Virus record (IMG/VR): IMGVR_UViG_3300036766_000876
Coordinates: 1-64,000 of that record
Length of the DNA: 64,000 nucleotides
Origin: a virus
Strand: one strand, 5' to 3'
The notes under the pieces: model-generated
Told to the model about the DNA's origin: nothing
Seen by the model: the letters and a program-made list of their open reading frames with translations, nothing else
Databases searched by the model: none
In this document: positions 36,976 to 45,610 of the stretch, one piece after another
Layout of the letters: each line of letters opens with the position of its first letter
How positions within the stretch are numbered: position 1 is the first letter of the stretch
Made by a program: the position numbers and the translations under genes

Positions 36976-37446
36976 CTACTCCCCAACTCCTCTGCCCTCC
37001 CTGTTGCGGAGCGCTGAGCGCTCCCGGAGCTGAACGTCGCCTTGCATCTCCTGGCGCTGAGTCGCGCCCTCGGAGACGAGCATCTCCCGCTTGGTCCGCA
37101 GCGACTCCAGGATGCCCCGGAGGTGCTCGCGCTCCGCCTGCGCCTCGATGAGCGCCAGGTGCGCCTCGTCGTAGGCCGGATCCATCGTCACCAGCGCGTC
37201 CACTGCTGCCTCCGTGGGGGGCTTCTTCCCCTCCGGGGCCTCCTTGTGCTTCAGGTAGAGGCCGGCGCGACACTTCTTCTCGTCGCGCTCCCGCATGAGC
37301 ATCACCCTGTTGGCCGCGGAGTACTTCTCGTTCCAGTAGGCGTAGTCGCCCGACATGCGGGCGAACTCCTCGTGGAGCTGTGTTGGCTCGAAGTCAACGC
37401 ACTGCTTGAGGAAGTCGCTCACCTCTACGTCACCGATGTTCGCCAT
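36976..37446 (-). CDS. UvsY-like recombination mediator (putative)
   Basis: Helical; KKPPTEAAVDALVTMDPAY; next to SSB and RecA. Confidence 0.5.
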   Translation of the reverse strand: MANIGDVEVSDFLKQCVDFEPTQLHEEFARMSGDYAYWNEKYSAANRVMLMRERDEKKCRAGLYLKHKEAPEGKKPPTEAAVDALVTMDPAYDEAHLALIEAQAEREHLRGILESLRTKREMLVSEGATQRQEMQGDVQLRERSALRNREGRGVGE

Positions 37447-37474
37447 GCTCCCAACCTTTCTTGTCCACCCTCTA

Positions 37475-37501
37475 CTTGCCCCATGGGACTGACATTTTCC
37501 C
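37475..37501 (-). promoter_or_regulatory. GGGAAAA-N13-GGGCAAG phage promoter motif
   Basis: Exact match in the intergenic space after the polymerase. Confidence 0.7.
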
Positions 37502-40086
37502 TACAGCTTCACCTTCTCCAGGCTCCCCCAGGACGCCCCCATCTCGACGTCCACCTCCAGGGGCACGAAGTCGGTGGCCCAAGGGAAGTTGAGCATCTCG
37601 TGGCGAGCGGCCAGCGCGGCGTCCTTCCACGTCTTCTTGGGAGCCACCAGCATGATGCTGTCGTGGATGGGGAGCACGAGCTCCGCGTCGATGGCCCCGG
37701 CCTCGATTCGGCTCACCACGCGGGCGATGGAGGCGACGCAGAAGTCGCTGGAGGTGCCCTGGATGGGGCTGTTGATGGCGCCGTTCTTGGCATTGGAGGC
37801 CGCGTACCGCCCCTCGTCGCTGTCGTCCCCGATCCGCCACAGCGGCCGCCACCGGGCCTTCTGGCCCTCCCAGATTGTCCAGCAGCCGCCCGCGGCCCGA
37901 GCGAAGGACACAGCCTCCCTCGTCCAGCGGCCGTACGCCTTGAACTCCCCGAAGATGGCCGCACGAATGGCCGCCGCCCTGTGCTCGTCGATGCCGAGCT
38001 CCGCGGCCAGGGAGCGGTCCGTCTTCCCGTAGGCGATGCCAAAGTTGTACGCCTTGGCGCCTGTGCGGTGGACCTTCGTCACCTGCTCCGGCTCGATGTT
38101 CCAGGCGAGCTTGCAGATGAGCTTCGCTGTGCCGAGGTGGAAATCCACGCCTGACTTGAACAGCGCGGCCATGGCCTCGTCCCGGCTGAGGAGCGCCGCA
38201 ATCCGGAGCTCTAGCTGGCTGTAGTCGAGCTGGACGAGGACCTTCCCATGCGGCGCGCGGAAGCAGTCCCGGGCCCGCTTGCCGTCCGCGTCGTCCGCCC
38301 GTGGCAGGTTCTGGAGGTTGGGATTGCTGCACGACGTCCTTCCAGACCGCGCCCCGTCCAGGTGGATGCTGGGGCGGATCCTCCCGTCGTCGTCAACGTA
38401 CCGCGGCCAGTCGTCGGAGTAGCCCACGAGCTTCTGGTGGTGGCGGTACTCCAGGATGTACCCAGGGAGCGGGTGTTGCCCCTTGAGGAGGCTGAGCGCC
38501 TCCTCCCCAGTGCTCGGCGCCCCGCCCTCCGTCTTGAATGGCGGGTTGAGCCCGAGCTCGTCATACAGCACGCGCGCAAGCTGCTGCGGGCTGTCCACGT
38601 TGAGCGTCGTTCCACCAAGCGCGTACTGCTGCACCTTGTCGAAGGCCTCGTCGCGCGCCTGGCGAGCCATGTCCCCGAACAGGAGGCCCGCCTGCGCGTC
38701 GAAGGGCACACCCCACTCCTCCACGCGCTGGATGGCGACTGCCGCCGGCATCACGACGTTGTCGAGAATGGCCTGGCGCTCGGGGCTCCGCATCACCTCC
38801 AGGCTCAACCTCGACTCGATGCGCGCCGTGGAGAGCGCGTCCCGCGCGGCGTACCGCTGGCGGAGCTCCGGCTGGAGGAAGGCGAAGGCGATGGCCTTGG
38901 GGTTGGGGGCGTACTTGGCGATGTCGAAGCCCTGCCACTCCTCCAGGTCGATGTCGTTGAGGAAGCTGAACGAGCCTGTCCTCGCGGCGGCATCCTTTGC
39001 CTGCTGGGCGGCAGCCGTGGCGATGCGCAGACACACTGCGTCGAGCGCCTCGTCCGCCTCCCGCTTGTGGCCGCCCATCCCAACGAGCTCAGCCATGTCT
39101 GCCAGGTTGCCCGTCGCCTCCGGGTCCATCAGCTTCCGCTTCAGCCGCACATCGAAGGAGATGCCCCTCACGATGCAGCCGAGAGCCGACTTGAGCGCTG
39201 CCTGATCCACCTTGACGTTGGCCCCGCCCTTGGGCGCGCTGGCGTCCTCCAACAGGGAACGGAGAGGCGCGAACACGGCGGCATCGAGGAGCGCCTTCTC
39301 GCCCCAGACGAAGACTTCCTGTCCGCCAACAGGGGCCGCGGAGAGCTCCAGCAACTTGAAGTCGGGCCCCCACTTGCTCCCTGCGTACTCCAGGTCGAAC
39401 GCGAAGGAGTCCGCCGCCTTCAGGACACCAACAGCGGAGGCGCTGTCCTCCGGCGTCTCCACAACGGCTGCCTCCGCTGAGAGGTGCCACGGCTGCTGGA
39501 CGGCCGCCTTGAGCGCCCACCGGAGGTCCTCCTCGAAGTACTTCCACAGGAAGCGGTTGTGCCCACAGTCGCGTGGGTGGAGCACAAAGAAGACCGGCAC
39601 CGGCCTCCCGTCGTTCCACAGCCAGGTGTACGTCTTCCGCGCGTTGAGGGGCTGCACCCTGCGGCCCACAAAGGAGAGCGCCGCCTCCGCCCCGAGGAGG
39701 ACGACGCGATCCGGCTGCGTCTCCCTCAGCGTCTCCGCCAGGTGGCTCCGGCACGCCAGGATGTCACGGTCCGTCGTCTCCACCTTGCCGAGGCACCGGA
39801 TGCCGCTGTCCAAGACGATGCCACCGTCCCACCAGCGGCGTACCAACGGGCGGAGCTTCGCGCTCGCGGCCCCAACGAACGGCCGCCCCTCCATGTCCTC
39901 CGCCCTACCCGGACGGTCCCCTACGACAAGGAGCTTTGGCCCCTCGGCAGGGAACACCTCCGGCATGAGCACCCGCTTGCGCCCGTCCGACTGAGCGCAG
40001 CGGTTGCAATCCTGGCCAACCTGGCGTGGCGTGGCGAGCTCGACCGCGAGGCGCGGTGGCGTCGGGTAGAGCTTGATGCGCCGCAC
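37501..40086 (-). CDS. polA: Family A DNA polymerase with N-terminal uracil-DNA-glycosylase-like domain and 3'-5' exonuclease
   Basis: UDG4-like VVGDRPGRAED.EGRPFVG; exo FDLEY and YAARDA; motif A DYSQLELR, B KAYNFGIAYG, C IHDS. Confidence 0.93.
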   Translation of the reverse strand: MRRIKLYPTPPRLAVELATPRQVGQDCNRCAQSDGRKRVLMPEVFPAEGPKLLVVGDRPGRAEDMEGRPFVGAASAKLRPLVRRWWDGGIVLDSGIRCLGKVETTDRDILACRSHLAETLRETQPDRVVLLGAEAALSFVGRRVQPLNARKTYTWLWNDGRPVPVFFVLHPRDCGHNRFLWKYFEEDLRWALKAAVQQPWHLSAEAAVVETPEDSASAVGVLKAADSFAFDLEYAGSKWGPDFKLLELSAAPVGGQEVFVWGEKALLDAAVFAPLRSLLEDASAPKGGANVKVDQAALKSALGCIVRGISFDVRLKRKLMDPEATGNLADMAELVGMGGHKREADEALDAVCLRIATAAAQQAKDAAARTGSFSFLNDIDLEEWQGFDIAKYAPNPKAIAFAFLQPELRQRYAARDALSTARIESRLSLEVMRSPERQAILDNVVMPAAVAIQRVEEWGVPFDAQAGLLFGDMARQARDEAFDKVQQYALGGTTLNVDSPQQLARVLYDELGLNPPFKTEGGAPSTGEEALSLLKGQHPLPGYILEYRHHQKLVGYSDDWPRYVDDDGRIRPSIHLDGARSGRTSCSNPNLQNLPRADDADGKRARDCFRAPHGKVLVQLDYSQLELRIAALLSRDEAMAALFKSGVDFHLGTAKLICKLAWNIEPEQVTKVHRTGAKAYNFGIAYGKTDRSLAAELGIDEHRAAAIRAAIFGEFKAYGRWTREAVSFARAAGGCWTIWEGQKARWRPLWRIGDDSDEGRYAASNAKNGAINSPIQGTSSDFCVASIARVVSRIEAGAIDAELVLPIHDSIMLVAPKKTWKDAALAARHEMLNFPWATDFVPLEVDVEMGASWGSLEKVKL

Positions 40087-40674
40087 TCAGCCCTCGCCGG
40101 CCTCTCCATAGGCGGCGAGGTTGGACACCACCTTGTCGCGGAGGTCGCGCACACGGGACACCACAGGCAGCGCGCGGAGCTTCTCGCACTCTGCGATGAT
40201 GGCCTCCACGTCGGAGGGCTTGAAGCCCTTGGACTTCATCACCCAGTCGAGGACCTCGATGAAACGCCCCGTCTTCGCCACCTTCTCCGGCACGCCCTCG
40301 ATGGCGGGCGACGGCTGCGCCGCTGGAGCCGCCGACTCCGTCTCTGAAACCTTCTTGGCCCCCTGCCCCACCCACGGAGCGGCCTCCTGGACAGCCTCCT
40401 TGGGCGCAGAAGACAACGAAGGGCTCGTGGCCATGGCCTCTACCAGCGCACGTGGGCTCGCAGCAGCCCTTGGCACCTCGACCGTCGAGCCAGCAGCCGG
40501 CCCGCCCACGCGCACGGCCTGGATGGACTTCGAGGCGAGCTTCTCCAGCACCGCGTAGGCGTCCTCCAGGGAGAGCCCGCTGATGCTCAGCACTGGGGCG
40601 TCGTACCGGACCAGCCTCAGCCCGCCCATCACCTCAGCCTCGCCACCAAACTCCGTCACCTTCGTCAAAGCCAT
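40087..40674 (-). CDS. Hypothetical protein
   Basis: Abuts the polymerase start. Confidence 0.6.
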   Translation of the reverse strand: MALTKVTEFGGEAEVMGGLRLVRYDAPVLSISGLSLEDAYAVLEKLASKSIQAVRVGGPAAGSTVEVPRAAASPRALVEAMATSPSLSSAPKEAVQEAAPWVGQGAKKVSETESAAPAAQPSPAIEGVPEKVAKTGRFIEVLDWVMKSKGFKPSDVEAIIAECEKLRALPVVSRVRDLRDKVVSNLAAYGEAGEG

Positions 40675-40713
40675 GTCGTCCAGCCTCCCCGGGGTTGATT
40701 CCCCGCCTTCCCC

Positions 40714-40740
40714 CTTGCCCGGCTCGCTCCAGTTTTTCCC
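40714..40740 (-). promoter_or_regulatory. GGGAAAA-N13-GGGCAAG phage promoter motif
   Basis: Exact match, intergenic. Confidence 0.7.
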
Positions 40741-41130
40741 TCACGCCTTCCCGGTTGTGAACTGCGGGAACGTGAACGGCTCGTTGCCCCGCGGCTGCTC
40801 CTTCTGGCCCGTGTGGAAGACGTGCTCCTGCATCCACTCCTCGATGAGGCTCCTCACACCGTCCGGGGCCGCGTCGATGAGGTCCACCGCGTGCTGGCGG
40901 GAGCCGGCCTGGTGGAGCCCCTCCTCGATGTCGGAGAAGAGCTCCTCCAGGAGCTGGTCCACCAGCAGGTACACCGTCACGGTCGCGGAGAGCCGCGAGT
41001 CCTCCTTGGTGTTGCACGGGAGGTGGTACACCTCGCGGAGGGCTCGCTTGAGAGCATCAGCCACCTCCCCAACGTGGATGCCCCTTGGCTCCACCCGCTT
41101 CCTGCGCCGCTGCTCGGTCACGTCAGACAT
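40741..41130 (-). CDS. Hypothetical protein
   Basis: MSDVTEQ with GGAGG SD. Confidence 0.55.
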   Translation of the reverse strand: MSDVTEQRRRKRVEPRGIHVGEVADALKRALREVYHLPCNTKEDSRLSATVTVYLLVDQLLEELFSDIEEGLHQAGSRQHAVDLIDAAPDGVRSLIEEWMQEHVFHTGQKEQPRGNEPFTFPQFTTGKA

Positions 41131-41969
41131 CTTCGCACCTCCTCCGCCAACCACGCCTTGTCCACTTCATCTGGGTCCTTCTTTGGTGGGAGCCGCACGC
41201 TCCCAGCCCGCTGCCCCTCCAGCCCCAGGCGCATCGCCAGGGCATCCCCCTCCTCCCATGCGTCCCCATCCAGGACGATGGCCACGGGCCGGGGGCAGTC
41301 GGCCAGGGCGAGGACCTGCGGCTCGCTGGGCTTCCCCAACAGGGCCACGGCGTCCGGCCAGAGCGCCAGCGCGTCGAGCACGCCCTCCACCACCATCACC
41401 GGGCGCTCCGTCTGCTCGTTCAGCGCGGTGTGATTGTAGAGCAAGTTGGCCCGGTCCATCCGTGGCGGGTACAGGTACGGTGAGACAGCGAGCCCCGTCC
41501 AGTCGCGCGTGACGTACCCCTGCCACACGTTGTCTGGGGAGAGCACCGGCACCACGATGCGGTCCTTGTACCTGCCGGCGACACACGCCCCGACCTTGGC
41601 CTGCCTCCAGACGCCCTCGTCAACGAGCCCCCTGCCCAGGAGGTACTTCCGTGCCGGAGCCAGCGAGAGCGCCCCGCGCCCCTCCGCGCTGGCGAGCTCG
41701 TAGAAGCCCTCCGGCGCGCCCATGTCCGCCGGCCCATCGAGCTCCGGGCGCAGCTCAAACTCCTTCGCGTCGTAGCCCTCCAGGCGCCCGACAAGCCCAC
41801 ACTTGAAGCAGCGGTACCAACCAGTCGCCGGGCTGAACGAGAAGCAACCTCGCCTGTCGGCCTTCCCAGTGCGGACGATGCACGCCAGGCAGATGCCGCG
41901 GACGTGCTCCCCACCTCCGTGGCAGGCACGCGCGGACTTCTCCGCCAGCTCTCGAACGTTGGACTTCAG
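41118..41969 (-). CDS. DNA primase (Zn finger plus TOPRIM), probable CTG start
   Basis: TOPRIM VVEGVLDAL and LDGDA; in-frame upstream CLAC...WYRCFKCG; no ATG/GTG/TTG before the Zn finger. Confidence 0.85.
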   Translation of the reverse strand: MKSNVRELAEKSARACHGGGEHVRGICLACIVRTGKADRRGCFSFSPATGWYRCFKCGLVGRLEGYDAKEFELRPELDGPADMGAPEGFYELASAEGRGALSLAPARKYLLGRGLVDEGVWRQAKVGACVAGRYKDRIVVPVLSPDNVWQGYVTRDWTGLAVSPYLYPPRMDRANLLYNHTALNEQTERPVMVVEGVLDALALWPDAVALLGKPSEPQVLALADCPRPVAIVLDGDAWEEGDALAMRLGLEGQRAGSVRLPPKKDPDEVDKAWLAEEVRRCLT

Positions 41970-42241
41970 ATGTCCTCCTCGTAGAGGACATCACCGCTGC
42001 ACTCGAACGTGGCCCCGTGGCCAGTGCTGTAGGACTTGGCGAAACTGATGAGCCGCAACCGCTGGAGCGTCATGGGCGAGCCCCGCGACTGCTTGCTCGT
42101 CGAGCGGATGACGATGAAGCCCTGGCCCAAGCCCTCTTCGTCCATCCGGTCCGCCAGCAGGCGCTGGAGGTCCGCCGTCGAGAGCCCGGCCAGCCTGGCG
42201 ACGGCATCGGCGCGGAGCTCGCTGTCGCGGCGTGGACTCAA
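41966..42241 (-). CDS. Hypothetical protein
   Basis: Coupled to helicase and primase. Confidence 0.5.
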   Translation of the reverse strand: MSPRRDSELRADAVARLAGLSTADLQRLLADRMDEEGLGQGFIVIRSTSKQSRGSPMTLQRLRLISFAKSYSTGHGATFECSGDVLYEEDI

Positions 42242-43797
42242 AACGGGGCTGCCTCTCCACCAGCGTCTCCGCCGCCCGGCTCGTCGTCCTCATCATCACC
42301 AGGCACTCGCATGGCGTTCTTCAGCCCCTTGTAGGCGTCGCTGACGGTGGCTCCCAGGAGGAGCGCAGCGGAGGCGGCAGCGCTCGCGGTCTTGACGTCC
42401 AGCGCGCCCGAGAGCGGGGTGAAGCCCACCAGCGGCGTGTGAGACGCAGGGAGGTGATGCGTGATGAGCGGGAGCGGCCGCCGGTCGATTGGGGCCACCT
42501 GGCCGCAGGCGAAGTTGGTGGGCACGGGCCCGGCCTTCTTGCGGCCCTCCCCGTAGCGAATCTTCGCCAGCCAGAAGGTCATCTCCTTCGTCTCGTCATC
42601 GAGGTTGAGGGTGATGAACTGGTCCACCACGCGCGCCTTGTGCATGGAGTCGGCGGTGTGCTCCAGGTCAATCATCTTCCCCTTCTTCTCATCCCGGCCG
42701 CGGCTCTGGCTCGCTGTCAGACCCAGCTTCCGCTCCGCTTGGACGTGGATGCGCATCTTCTCGTAGACGACGCGCATCTCCTGGTACATGCCCTTCTCGT
42801 CCACCTTCCCGGTGGAGGTCAGCTTGTCGGCGTAGTCCACCACGAGCACGTCCACCCGCCTCCCAAGCCGCCGCTCGATTTCGCGCTCCCACTCGATGAG
42901 CATTTCCACGGTGGTGACGTGCGGCGCGAAGTCCTGCACGACGACGGGCGTCGGCTTGTACGCCCGGAGGCGCATGTCCACGGCCTTGTCGTCCGTGCCA
43001 CCGTACACCTCGTCGATGGTGAAGCCCGTCTGGTTGGCGTAGATGCGAGAGAGGACCTGCTCCGTCGGGAGCTCCAGCGTCGCGTAGGCCACCTGGAGGT
43101 TCCTCATGCTGAGCTGGCTGGCGATGTGGCTCAAGGTCATCGACTTGGCTCCACCAGCCGCCGCCATGAAGCACGTCAGCGTCCCCCATGGGACGCCTCC
43201 ATTGAGGGACTCATCCAGCCCGGCCACGCCGAACTCGCACTTGGGCATCCCTCGGACACGGGCGATGGCAGCCAGCCCGGCATCCGGCGTGGCAACGATG
43301 CCGATGCCGGCCTCACCCTTCCCGAGGGACTCCTCGCGCTGCATGATGGAGCGAAGCTGCTCCCAGTCCTCGGCGCCGTGCTCGTCAACGGCCGCCTGCG
43401 CAGCGGCGAAGCGCAGCCGCTTCCGGAGTACTGCCACCAGCTCCGCCTCGACCTCCTCCGCGTCTGGTGGGCGATCCACGTCGTCGTAGGCGTCGAAGAG
43501 CCCGGCGACGGAGCGCACGTCCTCCTCGGTCAGCTTGCCAGCCTCCCGGCGAGAGGCGACGTGGGCAATGACGACGGCGGAGCTCGACGGGCCCGCGCCT
43601 CGCTCCCGGAGGATGGTCTGCGCGCTCTCCAGAGCCAGCCTGCACTCCGGCTGCTTCAGGAGCTCCGGCCGGCACTCGTGCGCGGTGCGCGCCAGGAAGC
43701 GCGGCACCGTGCAGGCGAGGAAGGCTACGGCCCGCTCGAACTCCTTGGGCAGGTTGTACGGCGCGTCCTGTCGTCCAGCCTTCTTCTGTGGTGCCAA
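42238..43797 (-). CDS. DnaB-like replicative helicase
   Basis: AAAGGAKS (atypical Walker A), TLEL, VVDYAD, TASQ, KIRYG. Confidence 0.85.
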   Translation of the reverse strand: MAPQKKAGRQDAPYNLPKEFERAVAFLACTVPRFLARTAHECRPELLKQPECRLALESAQTILRERGAGPSSSAVVIAHVASRREAGKLTEEDVRSVAGLFDAYDDVDRPPDAEEVEAELVAVLRKRLRFAAAQAAVDEHGAEDWEQLRSIMQREESLGKGEAGIGIVATPDAGLAAIARVRGMPKCEFGVAGLDESLNGGVPWGTLTCFMAAAGGAKSMTLSHIASQLSMRNLQVAYATLELPTEQVLSRIYANQTGFTIDEVYGGTDDKAVDMRLRAYKPTPVVVQDFAPHVTTVEMLIEWEREIERRLGRRVDVLVVDYADKLTSTGKVDEKGMYQEMRVVYEKMRIHVQAERKLGLTASQSRGRDEKKGKMIDLEHTADSMHKARVVDQFITLNLDDETKEMTFWLAKIRYGEGRKKAGPVPTNFACGQVAPIDRRPLPLITHHLPASHTPLVGFTPLSGALDVKTASAAASAALLLGATVSDAYKGLKNAMRVPGDDEDDEPGGGDAGGEAAPF

Positions 43798-43798
43798 G

Positions 43799-45610
43799 TC
43801 ACTCCCTCAGGGCCTTTGGCAGTTGCCAGACCCAGCGGCCTTCGTTGATTCGCTCACGCACTACTTGCCCCACGCGCATCGAATTTTCCCGAGCAATCCG
43901 CCGCGCCTCGCTCGCCCCCTCCGGGAAGTGCGCAGCCACCAGGGGCTCGATGCTGGCCCGGTCCCGGAGCGGGAGCCCCAACACGTCGAGCATCAGCTTG
44001 CGGTAGCGGTCCCCGAACTCCTTGCCAGAGCGAGTCGGGATGAGCGCTGTCACCGAGTAGTCGCCGGCCGACTCCCGGAACATCCACCGGCCCTCTGTCA
44101 GCGTCTTGGGGGACAGGAGCATCTTCGTCTGCGGCACGAAGCGCTTCCTGGCGTTGGTGGGGAGCTTCGTCAGGATGCGGTCCAGCGCCCAAGCGACCCA
44201 GGCCCCAGGCCGGATGTCGTGCTCCAGGAAGACGTCCAGCGCGTCCTCGAAGTACTTCCGCGTCTCGCCGGCCATGCGGATGGGGCGGCACCTCCCGACA
44301 CGGGACTCCACGGCTGAGCGGTACCACTTGGCGCAGAAGGCGAGCTGTGCGTCCCTCACCTTGTCCTCCGGGATGTCCTCGTACGTGGGCACCTTCGGGG
44401 GTGGTGGTAGCTGCGAGCACGTCTCGTCAGCGGTGGGGTGAGGAGGCAGCCCGTTGAGCCCCGGCAGGGTGACTCCGGGGAACGGGCCCGAGAAGGCCCC
44501 GAGGGCCTCTAGACGAGCGCGGGTGGCTGGGGTGCCGCCCTCCCCCACCTTGGGGGTTGAAAACAGCGAGGCGGGCCTCTCGCGGCCTTCCGGCAGGACT
44601 TCGCGGAGGGAGGTAGCGGCCGGCTTCTTGAGCTTTGGAGCCTTCTTGGGTGCCACGTTGGGGGCCTCTTCCGTTGAACTTTGAAGGGTGCACGCGGCGG
44701 GCTGTTTCGCCGCGTGCGTTCCCGAGCGAAGCGAGGGAACAAGCTCCTTAGAGACTTGTAGAGGGTAACTACTTAGGGGCGCCTCTTGATCGTGCCCCAG
44801 TTCGGCGCCTCTATCGTGGCCTGTCGGATTCAAAACGGCCTCGAACTTTTGGTGCTTTTCTTCGGCGCCGACTTGGCGTGGGTCCACCCAGTTCTCCTTG
44901 GCTCCTTTCTGGATGTTCGCTCGCGCGGGGAGCCATTGGTGGTTCTCCGGGCGCATGGCCTCAAGGACGTGAGCCTGTTGTGTGAGGTCGAACCTGGCCA
45001 ATGGCTTCACATGGTCGATGTGCCAAGCGGAGCGTTCCCCGGGGCACGGTCCGAGCGCCTCGCAGATCGCCTGGTAACTGAAGCCGTGAATGTCGTCGAA
45101 AGCAGGCCTAGCTTTGCCGCTGGTGGCCCAGCTCCGGAAGGCGTTCGCCAGGTTCGCTCTGAGGCGCCGCGCAACTTCCTCTGAGGCGGTAGACTGGATT
45201 TTTTTGACGCCAGCACCCTCCCGTTTCCCACCGTGGTTCCGGCTGATTGGGAGCTTCATCACCGTTCCCCAGGTGTCTGTGGGGACGAGGACGTGCTCGC
45301 GGCCGGCCCACGCGCCTCGCACCTCCCGGACGTACACGCGGATGGGTGCGCCGGAGTCCTGCCTCTTCCAGACGAAGCCGAGGTCCCTCACCAGCCCCGC
45401 CTCCCGGAGGCGCATCAGGGCCCGCTGAGCGGTGCGCCGCTTGAGCTTGGAGAAGCCCTTGGCCCGGCAGATGCCTGGCACCGTGGCGGTGACGGTGCCG
45501 TAGTAGTCCCTCAGCCGGCAGAGGTAGCTCCACACCTGCACCGCCACGTCCCCCAAGCGGAGCTCGAAGCTCCTCCGCGGGATGCGCGCGTCCCCAACGA
45601 GGGAGCTCAA
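43799..45610 (-). CDS. Replication-initiator-like protein (N-terminal wHTH) with internal HNH domain
   Basis: RRTAQRALMRLREAGLV; WHIDHVKPL...ENHQWLPARANIQKG; lies upstream of DnaB. Confidence 0.6.
   Translation of the reverse strand: MSSLVGDARIPRRSFELRLGDVAVQVWSYLCRLRDYYGTVTATVPGICRAKGFSKLKRRTAQRALMRLREAGLVRDLGFVWKRQDSGAPIRVYVREVRGAWAGREHVLVPTDTWGTVMKLPISRNHGGKREGAGVKKIQSTASEEVARRLRANLANAFRSWATSGKARPAFDDIHGFSYQAICEALGPCPGERSAWHIDHVKPLARFDLTQQAHVLEAMRPENHQWLPARANIQKGAKENWVDPRQVGAEEKHQKFEAVLNPTGHDRGAELGHDQEAPLSSYPLQVSKELVPSLRSGTHAAKQPAACTLQSSTEEAPNVAPKKAPKLKKPAATSLREVLPEGRERPASLFSTPKVGEGGTPATRARLEALGAFSGPFPGVTLPGLNGLPPHPTADETCSQLPPPPKVPTYEDIPEDKVRDAQLAFCAKWYRSAVESRVGRCRPIRMAGETRKYFEDALDVFLEHDIRPGAWVAWALDRILTKLPTNARKRFVPQTKMLLSPKTLTEGRWMFRESAGDYSVTALIPTRSGKEFGDRYRKLMLDVLGLPLRDRASIEPLVAAHFPEGASEARRIARENSMRVGQVVRERINEGRWVWQLPKALRE
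43864..43890 (-). promoter_or_regulatory. GGGAAAA-N13-GGGCAAG phage promoter motif
   Basis: Exact match within the 3' end of the upstream gene, ahead of the helicase. Confidence 0.65.

Noticed and set aside
41755-41994. Frameshifted primase
   Set aside because: Manual translation shows the Zn finger is in the same frame as the TOPRIM domain; a CTG start explains it.
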